A stretch of 49,580 bases of DNA, filler included, from Dimargaris cristalligena (Eukaryota), in the NCBI GenBank assembly GCA_003614675.1. It is 2 parts of 2 records of this genome, joined end to end, with 100 filler letters (N's around TTAATTAATTAA, not from the genome) between each part and the next. Parts side by side here need not be neighbours in the genome. Positions count along the whole stretch, not along the records: positions 1 to 24,777 come from ML002576.1; 1 more part is not named here. The stretch is one strand, 5' to 3'. Within the stretch, counting starts at the first letter, position 1, and the number at the start of each line of letters is the position of its first letter. The notes under the pieces were generated by a model. That model saw only the letters and a program-made list of their open reading frames with translations. It was not told the origin of the DNA and did no database searches. The position numbers were made by a program, and so were the translations under genes. Positions 10,546 through 22,045 of the stretch are shown here, piece after piece.

Positions 10546-12936
10546 ATGCATCCCACTGCCCCTAAGAACCCCGCCGACCCGCTGTCGTCCTTCGGGGTCA
10601 CTCTACCAAGTACCAACCTCTCCCCGTACTCCTGCCTCGCCTGCCGTAAACGGAAATCCGGCTGCAGTCGACTTCTACCGCATTGCTCCAAATGCGAACA
10701 ATGGGGCACCGAATGCATTTACCAACTCACCCCCGCTCGGCAGCGGAAGGCCCTGGCTCGGTCCGCTAATTACCGAATGTCGACTCGGGTCAGCTCAGTC
10801 GTCCCGGCTCCAACTCCGACCCCGACCCCGACCCCGACCCAGGTACGTTACCAGCAAGAGGGGACCGTTTCCCCGACCCCACCCCAACCTCACAACCACA
10901 GCCCCAGCCACCATTGGCTCCCGCTCGCCCTGGCCCCGGCCACAGCCACGGGCCGCACCAGTACCTCACCTTCCTATGCTCAGGTAGCCTCCTCGACCTC
11001 GTCGGATGCTTCTAGATTCACCGAAACCCCCCTCCCACCTTCATCTAGCCAGGAGGAGGAGGAGGAGGGGGTAGTCCTCCAACACTTGCCCAGTCCGGCT
11101 CTGTCAGCCTGGGAAGATAGCTTGCCGATGTGGGGTGATAGTGTCGGCGGCTATAACGGTTTGGCGCCATTCGAGGCCTCCGGATCAACAACACCATTCA
11201 GTTTCAATAGGGCCTTGTCACCACCCTGTCCGCTAGGGTTAGAGACGGGGGCCCTGTCGCCTTCGTTGACGTGTGCGGCCACCGATGGCATTGGGCAGAT
11301 CTCCTCCCGCTTATTGTTCAAATTGATGCGGTATCGACCGGCACCTGCCCAGGGCGTATCGTACCTTCACCGGATATCGCGCTTGGCCAACTCGAACTGC
11401 CCCGCTGCTTCCTCATCCAGCGGTGACTCCGATGACACGCTAACAACATCCCCGCTTCCCCTCCGGTCGCTTATCATGCCGACCGACTTACTCTACCATT
11501 CGAGTGTGGTGCGCCATACGATGGAGGTTTTCGGCACCTTTGTCCACCAAGGCGCTAACCCTTTGAATAATGTCCGGCTGTTGTTTCGGCTGGACCAGGG
11601 CCTGGTTTCCAAGCCCTTCCAATTGGCCGCCATGCTGGCCACGGCGCCCTTCTCCGACCATTCCGTGTTCCAGCATATCCATCCCCGCAAAGTGAGTCTA
11701 GAGTATCATGCCCGGCTCCTTGACCTAGTCCCCCAGTGCCTGGAGGACTTCAGTCCGGACATGTATGACGTGCTGGGCATGCTAATCGGAGCCACGCTTA
11801 ACCTGGGCCTGTTTTCCCTGCACCAGTCTCTAGTTGCCGCCTTTATCCGTAAACAACAGTCCACGCGCTTGCACCTACTGGACCATCCCAACCTACCTCC
11901 CCGGCCGACCCACCTGTTTACCGCTGAACCAAATTCAGCTGACGACGCCCCGGCCATTCGCAATGAAATGCTGCGGGAACTCCACCGAGTCAGTTGGTGG
12001 GGCATTTTGCTCAAGGATACGATCAGTGCCCTGATTTGCGGACAAAAGCCCATAATTGATTTAGACGAATGTTTCGTGAACCCGCCCTGCCCCGACCATG
12101 AATTCGAACCCCTACTGGACCAACAGCTGGCTAACCCTAATTCGCCCATTTATACGAGTGCCGCGTACCCTACTGTGGTGGATTACTCCCGGATTAAGAA
12201 TAATATCATTTTATTTAAAGTGGAGGTGGCCGTGCTGGGCCACCGCGTGGCTCAACTCCGGGACCTCCAAATGACTAACCCCATGGCCTGGCTCCGTGCT
12301 CTACCGGGGTTGAACCACGAGCTGGAACAATGGTACCACCAGTATACGGACGAGGATTCCACCCACCTGGGGCCGAGCCCAGATACCACCACCACCCCCG
12401 CAAAGGAAAACGCAATCTCGGGTTACCAGATTCGGGTACTTTGCTCCATGCTAATCATTTACCTCAACCATTTCGACGGCCATGCGCCTGATAGTGCGGC
12501 CCCGTTTCCCGGACCGGCCCTTAACGAGGCCCTCCGGGCCACGGGCGACCTGACGCACCGTACCCTAGCGGAATGCCACGAACGTAGCTGGCTGTACGCC
12601 CTCCGGCTGCGCGAACTGTTAGTCGACTCGGCCGCCCCGCCGGCCTTCATTAACAACACCCTCGTGATTGCCTCCCTGTACCCCGCGGCCGTGGTGTGTC
12701 ACGAACGTATCCACGGGATGGGTTCCGCGTTTCCCTGCCCCGTGGATCCGGCCGATCGGCGACTGGCGATCCGGTTTACGGACGAAATTACCCAGGTGTT
12801 GGAGAGTTTTGGGCAGCTCTGGAAAGCAAATTTGAAGGTCGTTGAGGGTATCCAGGCCATGCATAAGGGCCCCTTTGTCCGGCATAGTATATGTATCGGG
12901 CATCTGGTGTCCCTATTTATAGACCACGGGCCGTAG
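10546..12936 (+). CDS. Zn(II)2Cys6 fungal transcription factor, apparently intronless
   Basis: CLACRKRKSGCSRLLPHCSKCEQWGTECIY binuclear cluster; middle-homology-like 'ELHRVSWWGILLKD'. First in-frame ATG at 10546. Confidence 0.85.
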   Translation: MHPTAPKNPADPLSSFGVTLPSTNLSPYSCLACRKRKSGCSRLLPHCSKCEQWGTECIYQLTPARQRKALARSANYRMSTRVSSVVPAPTPTPTPTPTQVRYQQEGTVSPTPPQPHNHSPSHHWLPLALAPATATGRTSTSPSYAQVASSTSSDASRFTETPLPPSSSQEEEEEGVVLQHLPSPALSAWEDSLPMWGDSVGGYNGLAPFEASGSTTPFSFNRALSPPCPLGLETGALSPSLTCAATDGIGQISSRLLFKLMRYRPAPAQGVSYLHRISRLANSNCPAASSSSGDSDDTLTTSPLPLRSLIMPTDLLYHSSVVRHTMEVFGTFVHQGANPLNNVRLLFRLDQGLVSKPFQLAAMLATAPFSDHSVFQHIHPRKVSLEYHARLLDLVPQCLEDFSPDMYDVLGMLIGATLNLGLFSLHQSLVAAFIRKQQSTRLHLLDHPNLPPRPTHLFTAEPNSADDAPAIRNEMLRELHRVSWWGILLKDTISALICGQKPIIDLDECFVNPPCPDHEFEPLLDQQLANPNSPIYTSAAYPTVVDYSRIKNNIILFKVEVAVLGHRVAQLRDLQMTNPMAWLRALPGLNHELEQWYHQYTDEDSTHLGPSPDTTTTPAKENAISGYQIRVLCSMLIIYLNHFDGHAPDSAAPFPGPALNEALRATGDLTHRTLAECHERSWLYALRLRELLVDSAAPPAFINNTLVIASLYPAAVVCHERIHGMGSAFPCPVDPADRRLAIRFTDEITQVLESFGQLWKANLKVVEGIQAMHKGPFVRHSICIGHLVSLFIDHGP

Positions 12937-14285
12937 ATGTGCTACATGTATATACTAGTTTGGAAATTTTGGCATCACTGAATCTACAGCTGTGGATTAA
13001 TAAACCAATGTATTTTATCGCAAATACCCATTTTTGGTATGTATTTATTTTTATGTATGGATGACCTACCTGCATTTATTTCTATTATATAGGCAGTCCT
13101 AATGCACAAGACCGTCGACTTCTCGAATTTGTCGAGCCTACTGATAAAACTCTCGGAAAGTAGGTAGGCTAGAGGGATAGCGGTAATTGGTTGTTGGGCA
13201 AAGCTAGAGACTTGGTATTTACAAAACGGGATTATATATACGAGTGTCGATTGATTACAAGTTCTCGAATTAGCTGGGATGCTAGGCTTGAATCCCTTAG
13301 TTTACATCAAGAATAGAATGCCTATAAAGCAGCTAGGGCGGTGCATGGCTAAATATCTCTAGTCCAGGCCTCCCTGGATATGGCCGTAGGAATGTCCTGC
13401 CTTAATTCCAATTATACCCCAAGGCTATGTTATTTTAGCGGGTTACTCGAACGACTAACCACAGTCTAGTTAGCTTATTCTTTTAGGTGGGGCTATGTCT
13501 ATTATTGCCAGTCATGGGTCACTGAAAGGCCAAGTGGCAATCGAAGTAGACACCGGGGTAGGGGTATCCAAGGTGTTAAATGATATCCTTCATCTATTTG
13601 CCGTGATCACCCCGATGAACTTACAATATATACCCAGTGATCAATGTAGTAAACCTTTTATAAAGAAAGAGGCTTTAGTGAAACAAGTAGTAGAGTGGGC
13701 TCTTGCTAACCCAACCTCCAATCACCAATCCCTTTGTAGGATGTATTTCTGACTAGCCCACCTAGCAATCGATAATCCAAGCCAATTGATTAGCCAGCAA
13801 ATTGTTCCGCTAATCCCATCGAATTGCTGATGTATTACGGGGTAAATAAAATGGCAATAAATGGGTTGTTATAGTAAAGTGGGGGGATTTCTTCTTAGCT
13901 AGCTAAAAGCCCCCTTACCATCCCCTCCCCCTCATTGCCCCCGTTTTGGCTAAAGGGTGCCCCCCCTCATAATCTTCTATACCCTTAAGGTTGGCAGGAA
14001 GAGCAACAAGGGGCGGAAATCCCCCCCTCTTCTTTCTCGGATATCCACAGTCAATCCCCCCCCCTCTCTCTCTATCTCTCTCTCATATTTGGAGCAACTT
14101 GCCAGCTCGTCTTTTACATAAGCCTTCTCCTTCCTTTACCCACAGTAACCTTGTTATATATCTTTCTCGACTATTTAACTCCGTGGACTTCCTCCTGTTT
14201 CGTTACCTATTATTCATAAGTATACCTCCCCCCCTTCATTCCCTCATTCGCCCACCCCTCCCTCACCTCTTCTCCAACTCCCGCC

Positions 14286-15226
14286 ATGGAATTCAACAGC
14301 GAGCATATCAAGAGCATTATCCGCATTGTGCCGGATTTCCCCAAAAAGGTAAGGCTCGAGCTAAGGAGACATGGCTTGCTCTGGTCCTCCGGGCCCAAAC
14401 TGTCATACCGAGTTACTGAAAAGGGCGGCCGTATGAACCACTAACCCCTCAGGGAGCAGTCCGTGCCAGTGCATTCCCCACCCTACTCTGGTCATTCAGC
14501 CAATCGACACCAACCATACTAAACCACTTATGAAACTATATCATGATGCGTACCGTTCGCCAGGGAATTCATTTCTACGATATTTTCCCGCTGTTCCAAA
14601 ACCCTGCGGCTCTGGAGTCGGTTATTACCCATATCACCGACCATATCAAGGCCCAGAATAAGGAGCCTGTCGATGCCATCGTTGGTCTGGATGCCCGCGG
14701 CTTTCTCTTCGGAGCCCTGGTCTGTGCCCGCCTAGGGGTACCCTTCGTCCCCGTTCGCAAAGCCGGCAAACTGCCCGGTCAAACGGTCCAGGTTTGCTAT
14801 ACTAAGGAATATGGCCAGGTAAGTGTGGTAGGGTAGGGTGATCCCCCCCCTAGCTTCAATTCTTCGACCCGTATAGAATATTGTTGGATGGGGCAAAGAC
14901 AGTCTCTTCTATAACTGTGCATACATACATACTAACCTTCTTCGACTTTCTGGTATTTATTATAATCACCTCTGGTGGGTGGTGCACCCTTGGGTCGACT
15001 GTAGGATGTTTTCGAGATGCAGTCCGATGCCATCAAGCCGGGCCAGAAGGTGGTGGTTATCGACGATTTAATCGCGACCGGAGGCAGCGCCCTGGCGGCC
15101 GGTGAGCTGGTCGCCCAGCTGGGTGGCCAGGTGGTTGAATTCATTTTTATGATCGAATTGGAGGGTTTGGATGGAACCGCCCAACTCAAGAGCCCTGTCT
15201 ACTCTCTTTTCAAGTGCCCCTGTTAA
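14286..15226 (+). CDS. APT1: Adenine phosphoribosyltransferase; exons 14286-14348, 14564-14818, 15005-15226
   Basis: VPDFPKK|GIHFYDIFPLF, GLDARGFLFG, VRKAGKLPG, KEYG, PRPP motif VVVIDDLIATGGS. Phase-0 GT-AG introns. Confidence 0.95.
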
Positions 15227-16264
15227 AATCAGCAAGCTGGCCATGTCCAATGAGTCCACTAGAAAAATAAATGTCTGATTATATATTTGCTTAGCTAGAT
15301 TCACATACCAACCTAGAGCGCCGGAATGGCCCAAACCTGTATCCATCCGACGGAATAAAACCTTTCTTGCCTTTGGGATTGCCTGATGCAAGCGTGAATG
15401 AAACTGGGCGTGTGGTGGAATCACAGGCAATGTGTCTCGTGTGAAGAGGGCTGGGCTGCTCTGTTTATTGATCATGGACTGGCCATGCGAATATACGGGC
15501 CTGGGGGGAGGTGTGGCTTACTCGCCTCTCGCATCAACTTCAGTTGGGGTACTGCTTTGGGGAGATAATAGGGAAGATGTCTTTGAATACAATATAGAAG
15601 TAACCTTTAATGGGATTTGCCTAGTGGAAACGTTGGCCCTTTTTATAGAATGGCCATGCCCCCCCTCTATACCTCTTCTTGCGCTGGATATAAGCGCATA
15701 TAGAGTCTCCTCCACACACAAGACCCCGCCCCCGAGAACATGTGACTAGCACAGTTCCTGAGGAGGCAACCGGCTGACCCCGCAGGACGTGCTGGGTGGC
15801 AAGGCTGCCTCGAATTTATATAAGCAAAAGTAAAGCAGCCTGCGTGCTGTTCCATAATGCCAGCCATTATACCGCATATAGAGTCAGCGGTGCGGTGTGG
15901 CTTCAAAGGGCCCCCTCCTCTCCCATAAATAATGACCGTGCCCCACCCAAACCTCCCCCCACTCTCCTCTATACGCTTCTATACTACGCATCCTTTTCTC
16001 CTTCGGCGCCTTTGGTTTAAGTGCATAGCTAGCTGCTCACCCGTTCTAACTTGCATTTCCCCAACCTTCGCATTTCACCTTTAGTTCCACCACTGGTAGC
16101 CCCCCTTCTTCTTCTTCTTCTTCTTAAGCGAGTCCCGCTGTCACAGGCCACTGCTGGTCTGGTCTATTCCCCCTATTATAAATAGCCCTATTACTATTCC
16201 CATTCTTTTTATTCTTCCTGTTCTTATCCCTACAGCCTACCTGCCAGTCGCCAAGTCACTTACC

Positions 16265-19200
16265 ATGCAGTACGTGGGACGGGTGCTGAATACAGTATCC
16301 GAGTTCTATAAAGAACTCAACCCATCGACCCTCTCAGGCGCTATCGACATTATCGTAGCCGAGCGGGCCGATGGTACTCTGGCCTGCACTCCCTTTCATG
16401 TTCGCTTCGGTAAATTCCAACTCCTGCGGCCATCCGAGAAAGTGGTAAGTTACCGGCTAGACCTAACAACTCCTTTTACTTGTTCCGCCCCAGAGTGGTA
16501 TCCGAGACCTAGTATGTAAGACATCTGCCCTCTCTCCAGCGGCCGCTTGAGCGCTGGGGGACATGGCAGAAGTCCCTGGAGTAGGCAATAGTGAGTGAAC
16601 AGGGATATGGGTACGCCGAGAAAAATGGGGAAGTGTGCGTTTTTCCTACCCTTTTCCCACTTCCTATTGACCCTGACTATACGCCAAATGGGCCTGTTCA
16701 TTACTATACGCCTCCGATTAGCCTCTTGGTACCCTGAACTACACATTGATACAGAGGCCCGTCTTTCATCCTTTTGCGTCTCTATGAACAGCCCATTCCC
16801 CTTGCGAATTGATTAGTACGCCCATAGCGTGTCTGGCGAATAGGTGTAGTTGCTGGTTTCATTGATCAGGGTGTACCTGGAATACAAGTTCATAGGGGAA
16901 AGGGGGGTATGCATTAAGCGGTAATAATCCAGCCCGGAGCATAGCGTGCGCCCCTGGACACCCGACTAGAGGGGGTGTTTGATCCATTGATCACAACGGC
17001 CTACCGCTACTCTATTATACTCATCACCATACTAACCCCTCATTGCTACTTTGATATATATATATATATATATTGGTACCTGGTCCAATCCCGTCGTACA
17101 CGTGTACTTCAGGTGGATCTCTTGGTGAATGGCCAGCCAGTGAGCGTTCACATGAAACTTGGCGACGCGGGGGAGGCCTTCTTCGTGATCGAGTCGGACC
17201 AACCAGTACCCCAGGAATTCGCCACCTCGCCCATTACCGAGCCCCTGGACGGAATTACCGAGCCGGACTATCTGGATCTGGGCGATGCCCCCGCCGAATA
17301 CCCCAACCCCGACGACGGTCGTCAGTACGACGGCTACGTAAGCGCCGCCAGTGACCACGACCTGGACGCTGCCCACAGTGAATCCCCCGATCCCCCGGGC
17401 TCGGCCGGTGATTTTGCCGTTAAACCGTATACCCTGCCGGAAGAAACCCGGAGCCCTACGGCGACAAGTCCTCATCACTCCACCCCCACCACTACGGACC
17501 GCCGACCCACCGCGTCCCACCGGGTGTCCCTCGACGGCCGGCGGTTGTCCAAGGCCTTCAAGGAGCCCAGTCCCCGCGACGATACGCTATTGCTTGACAC
17601 CACGGGCTACAAAACTCAATCCCAATTCCCCGAGAGTCAGCGTCACCGCCCTAATCTACCCCATCTGCTACTGGATGTGGCCAAAGCGGGCCATGAGCTA
17701 GTCGATAAGCGTCAGCGGTCCCGCACCCGCCTCGCGGACCTTCGCCACGACGTAAAAAGTGATGATGAATACACAATGACTCAGCTGGATGACCTGATCC
17801 ACTATGAACAGTCCCGGGAACTGCATCAACACGACGCCTTCCGGACCCCCGGTCTGCATGATCGGCAAGCGTTCTTATCCGGCTCGTCGACCGATGCTAG
17901 TCCTAAGCAGGAAACTCCGACCCCCACCCCGGTGGCCACCCACCCGACGGTCGAAGAACGGTTAGGATCTGATACGGCCTCGGACCATAGTAGTATGGGA
18001 GCCATTCACGATAAACCGACACCACCTGAAGCTACTACTACTACTACTGCTTCCTCCGCCGGTGATCCATCATCAACGTCAACTCTCACACCAACCGCGA
18101 CCAATCACCCGCCCGTGGAGCTCTCACTATGCGGCTGGCGGGCCCTAGGTCGTAATGAGGACGCCAATGCCCGGGTGTTCGATACCCATACGCTGACCTA
18201 CGAAGAATTTGCGGCGGATTCCCATACCCTCCTAGCCGACCATAACCTGGTGGTCCGGGTCAAGCAACAGTACTATACTTGGCCCAACGTGGCCCCCCTG
18301 CTCATTTCGCTGCTGGCCTTCAACCGGCCGCTGGAACTACCCTCCATCAATGGCCTACAGCCCCTTGAGGCCTCCCGGCCCTCCACTCCTCTAGCGGACA
18401 AGGCATTGGCCACCCCCAAGGCTCTTTCCCCCTTGAACGCCAGCGCCATCGCCCGAGGCGCCCAGAGTGACCCCGGAGAAGACAACGATGCGGACACCGA
18501 AGATGAGGCGGACCCGAGCGCAGCGGGAAGTCAGTCGCGGACCCTACGCAAATCACCCGGCTATAGCCTACGTCGTACCTGGCGTTGGTGGGGCCGCAGC
18601 CAGCCCCCACCCAGTCCCCATACCTCCGCGGTGGCCGATAAACCAGCAACCAACCTACCTGCCCAGCCCTCACCATCCCCACTGACATCCGCAACGGCCA
18701 GTACTAAAACTAGTGCCACTACCACTGAACGAGCCCTGCCCACCTTGAACCACGCTCGGTCTGAAAGCGAACTCATGAGCCCCCGGAGCAAGGCACACAC
18801 CTTTATGGACAGTACTGACCATATCGCTTTACCCATGGAAACCAGCGAACGGCCCCGTCACTACGCCAAGACCCTTCGCCTAACTTCGGACCAGTTGAAA
18901 CAGATGGGCCTCCAATACGGAGTGAATTCCGTTAAATTTACGGTGCGGACGAACCCAGGGGCAAACGGTGGTCCCGATGAAGAGGACGCGGGGACATCCT
19001 TGACCGCCCGACCACCGGATGGTGGTAACCCCGAAGAGGAAGGTAACTGCCTCCCAGGTGAACCGAACCAGCTGCAAAGCGAAGATGCCGGTAGGGACGA
19101 ATCCACTTCAGCTCCTGGGGACACCGGAGCCCCAGCCAAACCCCCCAACGGCGGCAATGCCCAGGCCCGGGCAGTATGTACCGCCAAGATATTTTTCCTC

Positions 19201-21186
19201 AAGCACGATACCCAACTCGTTATTTCCGACATTGACGGGACCATCACCAAATCCGATGCGCTGGGCCATATTTTCACCATGGTCGGTAAGGACTGGACGC
19301 ACATTGGGGTAGCTAAGCTCTATACAGACATCACCCGGAACGGCTACCAAATTATGTACCTTACCTCGCGGGCCATTGGCCAGGCGGACGCCACGCGGGC
19401 CTACCTCCGGGGCGTCACCCAGGGACCGTACCACCTTCCCGACGGCCCCGTCATCATGTCCCCCGACCGCCTTTTCGAATCCCTCCACCGGGAAGTGATT
19501 GCCCGCCAGCCGCAGGTCTTTAAAATGGCCTGCCTGCGGGACGTGAAAAGCATCTTCGGCGACCGTAACCCGTTCTACGCGGGGTTCGGCAACCGCATCA
19601 CCGATGCGCTCTCCTACCGCAGTGTCAACGTCCCTACCTCCCGCATCTTCACTATCGAATACTCGGGTGAAGTGAAATTGGAATTACTCGCGGGCTACCG
19701 GTCCTCCTACCTGTCCCTTAATTCCCTCGTCGATCAAATTTTCCCCCCCGTCACCGAAAATTTGGTCACTGAATACAACGATTGGAATTACTGGAAACCG
19801 GCCCTACCGGAAATCGATGTCCTGTTGGAGGAAGAGGAAATCCGAATGGCCGCGGCCTCGGCTTCGGCAGCCACCTTGCATCAGGCGAAGATGAACGCGG
19901 GGAAACCCCCGACGGCGACCACTGCCGTGCCTGCTATTCCGTCGGCGAAAATCATCGCGGAAACCCAGCCGGCTAAATCGACAACGTCGTTGCCCGGGAC
20001 AGTCGCAGTCACCACCCCTAACCCCACCCATACCGATACCGATACCCAAGTGGAAGTGGCGAGTCTGACTCACTCCAAAGAGGCAGACGCTCCTGCGCCG
20101 GGCAGTGCTGGAGGGGACGAATCGGCGGTCACTTCGACTGCAACCGCTGCCACGGCCGCGACACCTACGTCACCGACGCAATCCCCGCCGGGGTCCCACA
20201 AAGGCCCCACCAAGCGGCGAAGTATGATTAGTCGGGTTACTAATTTGGGTGGACTCTTCGATTCACTCAACCGGAGTGCCACTTCGGTAACCCATCAAAT
20301 TACCGGTAACAGTGGTACCGGCAGTGGCGAAAGTGTGCCTAACCTGCCTTCTACTAACGGCACCTCCCGCTCTAATGGCAAACCCGGTCCTACGGTAGAA
20401 CATTCCAATACGGCCAGCGAAACTGAAGAGGCGGTGGATAGTACCAAGGCCACCACCACCTCTACTACCACTACTACCCACCTAGATGATACTGCTCTTG
20501 AGCCTGTTCATCCAACGTCAGGCGGTGGCGACCCCCCTTCATCCACCAGTTCCACGACATCATCGGCCACAGCGCCGAGCCAAGTCCCCGGCCCAAGCTC
20601 AAACCCAGACTCTCGCCCTAAGCCCCGAAAAGTGTCGCTGGGCTCCGCCGCCTCCATCGTCACCACCGGCAGCCAACCCCCCACGTGGCTACCTAAGAAA
20701 CCGACCCACGAGACGGCCCCTACTCAGGTGGACCATACCAACTCGTACTCCCCACCACTGCCGTCGACCCGCCGTTTCTTTTCACCCCCATTAGCACCGC
20801 TAACGCTAAATGATAATGGCACATTCCCCGGCCGGGACTCTGACCAACCCCCCGCGGTTGCATCGGCACCGGTACCGGTACAAGCATCGTCAGCGTCACC
20901 AGTATTGGCATCGGCATCAGTTTCAACCGGAGCATCTTCCACTACCCACGCCCCCGCACCTGCCGCCTCTGTGGCCCTTCCGGGCACTAACCCGGTATTG
21001 GATCAGTCTACCGCATCGACCAAACCCGACGTTAACCTGCCAGCAGCAAAGCCGTTAATGGTGACTACTAAGCCCACTGCGGATTCGAGCGGTAGTGGGC
21101 ACAAAGATGAGGATTTGTTTAATGAGTACCTGGACAGCGTCCAAATGAGCCCCGAAATTGATCTGAACGAATTTTCCTATCTGTAG
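16265..21186 (+). CDS. PAH1: Lipin / phosphatidate phosphatase (Pah1/Ned1); exons 16265-16444, 17113-21186
   Basis: N-LIP (INP-like NPSTLSGAIDIIV...TPFHVRFGKFQLLRPSEKV|VDLLVNG...MKLGDAGEAFFV), middle domain, C-LIP with catalytic DIDGT, GKDWTH, YAGFGNRITD and the conserved WNYWK. Confidence 0.95.
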
Positions 21187-22045
21187 GCCATAAGGGGAGA
21201 AGGTGCCCGCTTGCTGGATCCACTTCCATGGATGTTCCTTGGATATATCGCACCGCTTTTCATTATTTTTTGCTTACACTGTTAGCAACATATCTTCGGT
21301 TGCGTGTACAGATCAGACTATTATTTCCACACACACTCTCTCTTTCTCTTCTATTTATTTTACCAGGTCTTACCATATATTTCAAGTCAATATATTACTA
21401 CTATGATTACAGATACTCCACCAGTATGCTTTTATTGTGTAGCCATTTTAACCGATTCAACGTCAGTCCGGTATGGGGTGTAGTGAGGAGAGATTGTCAT
21501 GTGAATTTGTCTCTTAAATGGCTTCTTAATTTTACTTTTTAAAGATGACGAAAGGTTTTCGGACACTCAGCACAGACTATCCAGAAAAAGCAGAGGGGTA
21601 ACGATGCGTCATCGATAATATTTAACTAAAAGGCGTGTTTCTTGGAAGTCAGCTGTCATTAAACTCAGCTAAACTGATCCCAAAATGGGAAAATGAAGCA
21701 GGCTTGGCCTGTAAAAAGTATCCCTCCACTGATGACGTTAACCAGCTTTGCTACCCACTCGTTCTCCCTGACTGCGGCCAAGGGGAGGGGAGGAGAGGAG
21801 AGGAGAGGCAGGTGTTGGATACACCAGAAACCCACCTTATTCGAGCAATAGGTCTGAAAATGGGTTCAACACCTGCCTCACCCTAATAGAATACACTCCC
21901 CGTTTGGTTTTGACTACTTTGGCTCTGAAGCGCATTCCTTTAGGGTCGATCGAAGCCTTGGGATTGACGTACCGTGTGATTTTCACCCACTTTTATCTAA
22001 CTTGCTGATAAACATATTCCCTGCTAATCTTTACTACTTCGTACC

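Noticed and set aside
16975-17112. N-termini of the provided ORFs for lipin, thiolase (8763), AHA1 (33635), SEA4 (36309) and IRC3 (48654)
   Set aside because: These are translated intron sequence upstream of the real splice acceptors.
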